This document shows positions 62,514 through 64,000 of a stretch of DNA of 64,000 nucleotides, piece after piece. The first letter of the stretch is position 1; every line of letters begins with the position of its first letter. Made by a program: the position numbers and the translations under genes. Under the pieces are notes generated by a model. The model was not told the origin of the DNA. It did not search any database and saw only the letters and a program-made list of their open reading frames with translations. The stretch comes from Acholeplasmataceae bacterium (GTDB taxonomy: Bacteria; Bacillota_I; Bacilli_A; Acholeplasmatales; Acholeplasmataceae): positions 704,001-768,000 of the forward strand of contig OY775910.1 in assembly GCA_963675245.1 (NCBI GenBank). Direction: 5' to 3'.

Positions 62514-62660
62514 ATTAAAGCACGCGTGAGAACGCATGCAATAAAGGTCTTTGAAAACTGAATGATGATGAGCGTAATAGTCGCTTTATGGAGATAAAGC
62601 GACAGAGTTAAAAAGAAACTCAAAAAACAATAAAGAGCTATTAACAAACAAACTATAAAT

Positions 62661-64000
<1,340 letters not shown>

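Overview
Core chromosomal region of a low-GC, wall-less Mollicutes-type bacterium. It is most consistent with Acholeplasmatales: the 16S sequence fits, translation is code 11 (TGA stop, TGG Trp), and the gene content is Firmicutes-like. It carries many housekeeping genes (galE, 2x nrnA, ttcA, mnmE, dnaX-ybaB-recR, rpoE, pyrG, fba, lysS, tilS-hpt-ftsH, hslO, dusB, hflX, fhs-folD, ppa, yebC, glyA, rpmE, tdk, tadA, tkt, mnmG-rsmG). RNA genes are tRNA-Ser(CGA), tRNA-Tyr(GTA), SRP RNA and a partial 16S rRNA. One intact ISL3 element has an 8-bp target duplication. Main points of interest: (1) an atypical Rnf locus translationally coupled to glyA, with a duplicated RnfG, an extra di-FMN surface protein, an NqrM-like 4-Cys membrane peptide and a mini-RnfB lacking ferredoxin domains, followed by an ApbE/NusG-II/Gx-transporter flavinylation module, which may form an Rnf/extracellular-electron-transfer hybrid; (2) an unannotated 9-codon leader ORF whose start region base-pairs with the hflX start codon; (3) a guanine-type purine riboswitch in front of inorganic pyrophosphatase; (4) a variant pyrG attenuator; (5) an SRP RNA without the GNRA tetraloop; (6) a surface OB-fold/LTD protein plus a PASTA-LTD-thermonuclease module for extracellular DNA. 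All calls come from reading the sequence by eye; no searches were run.
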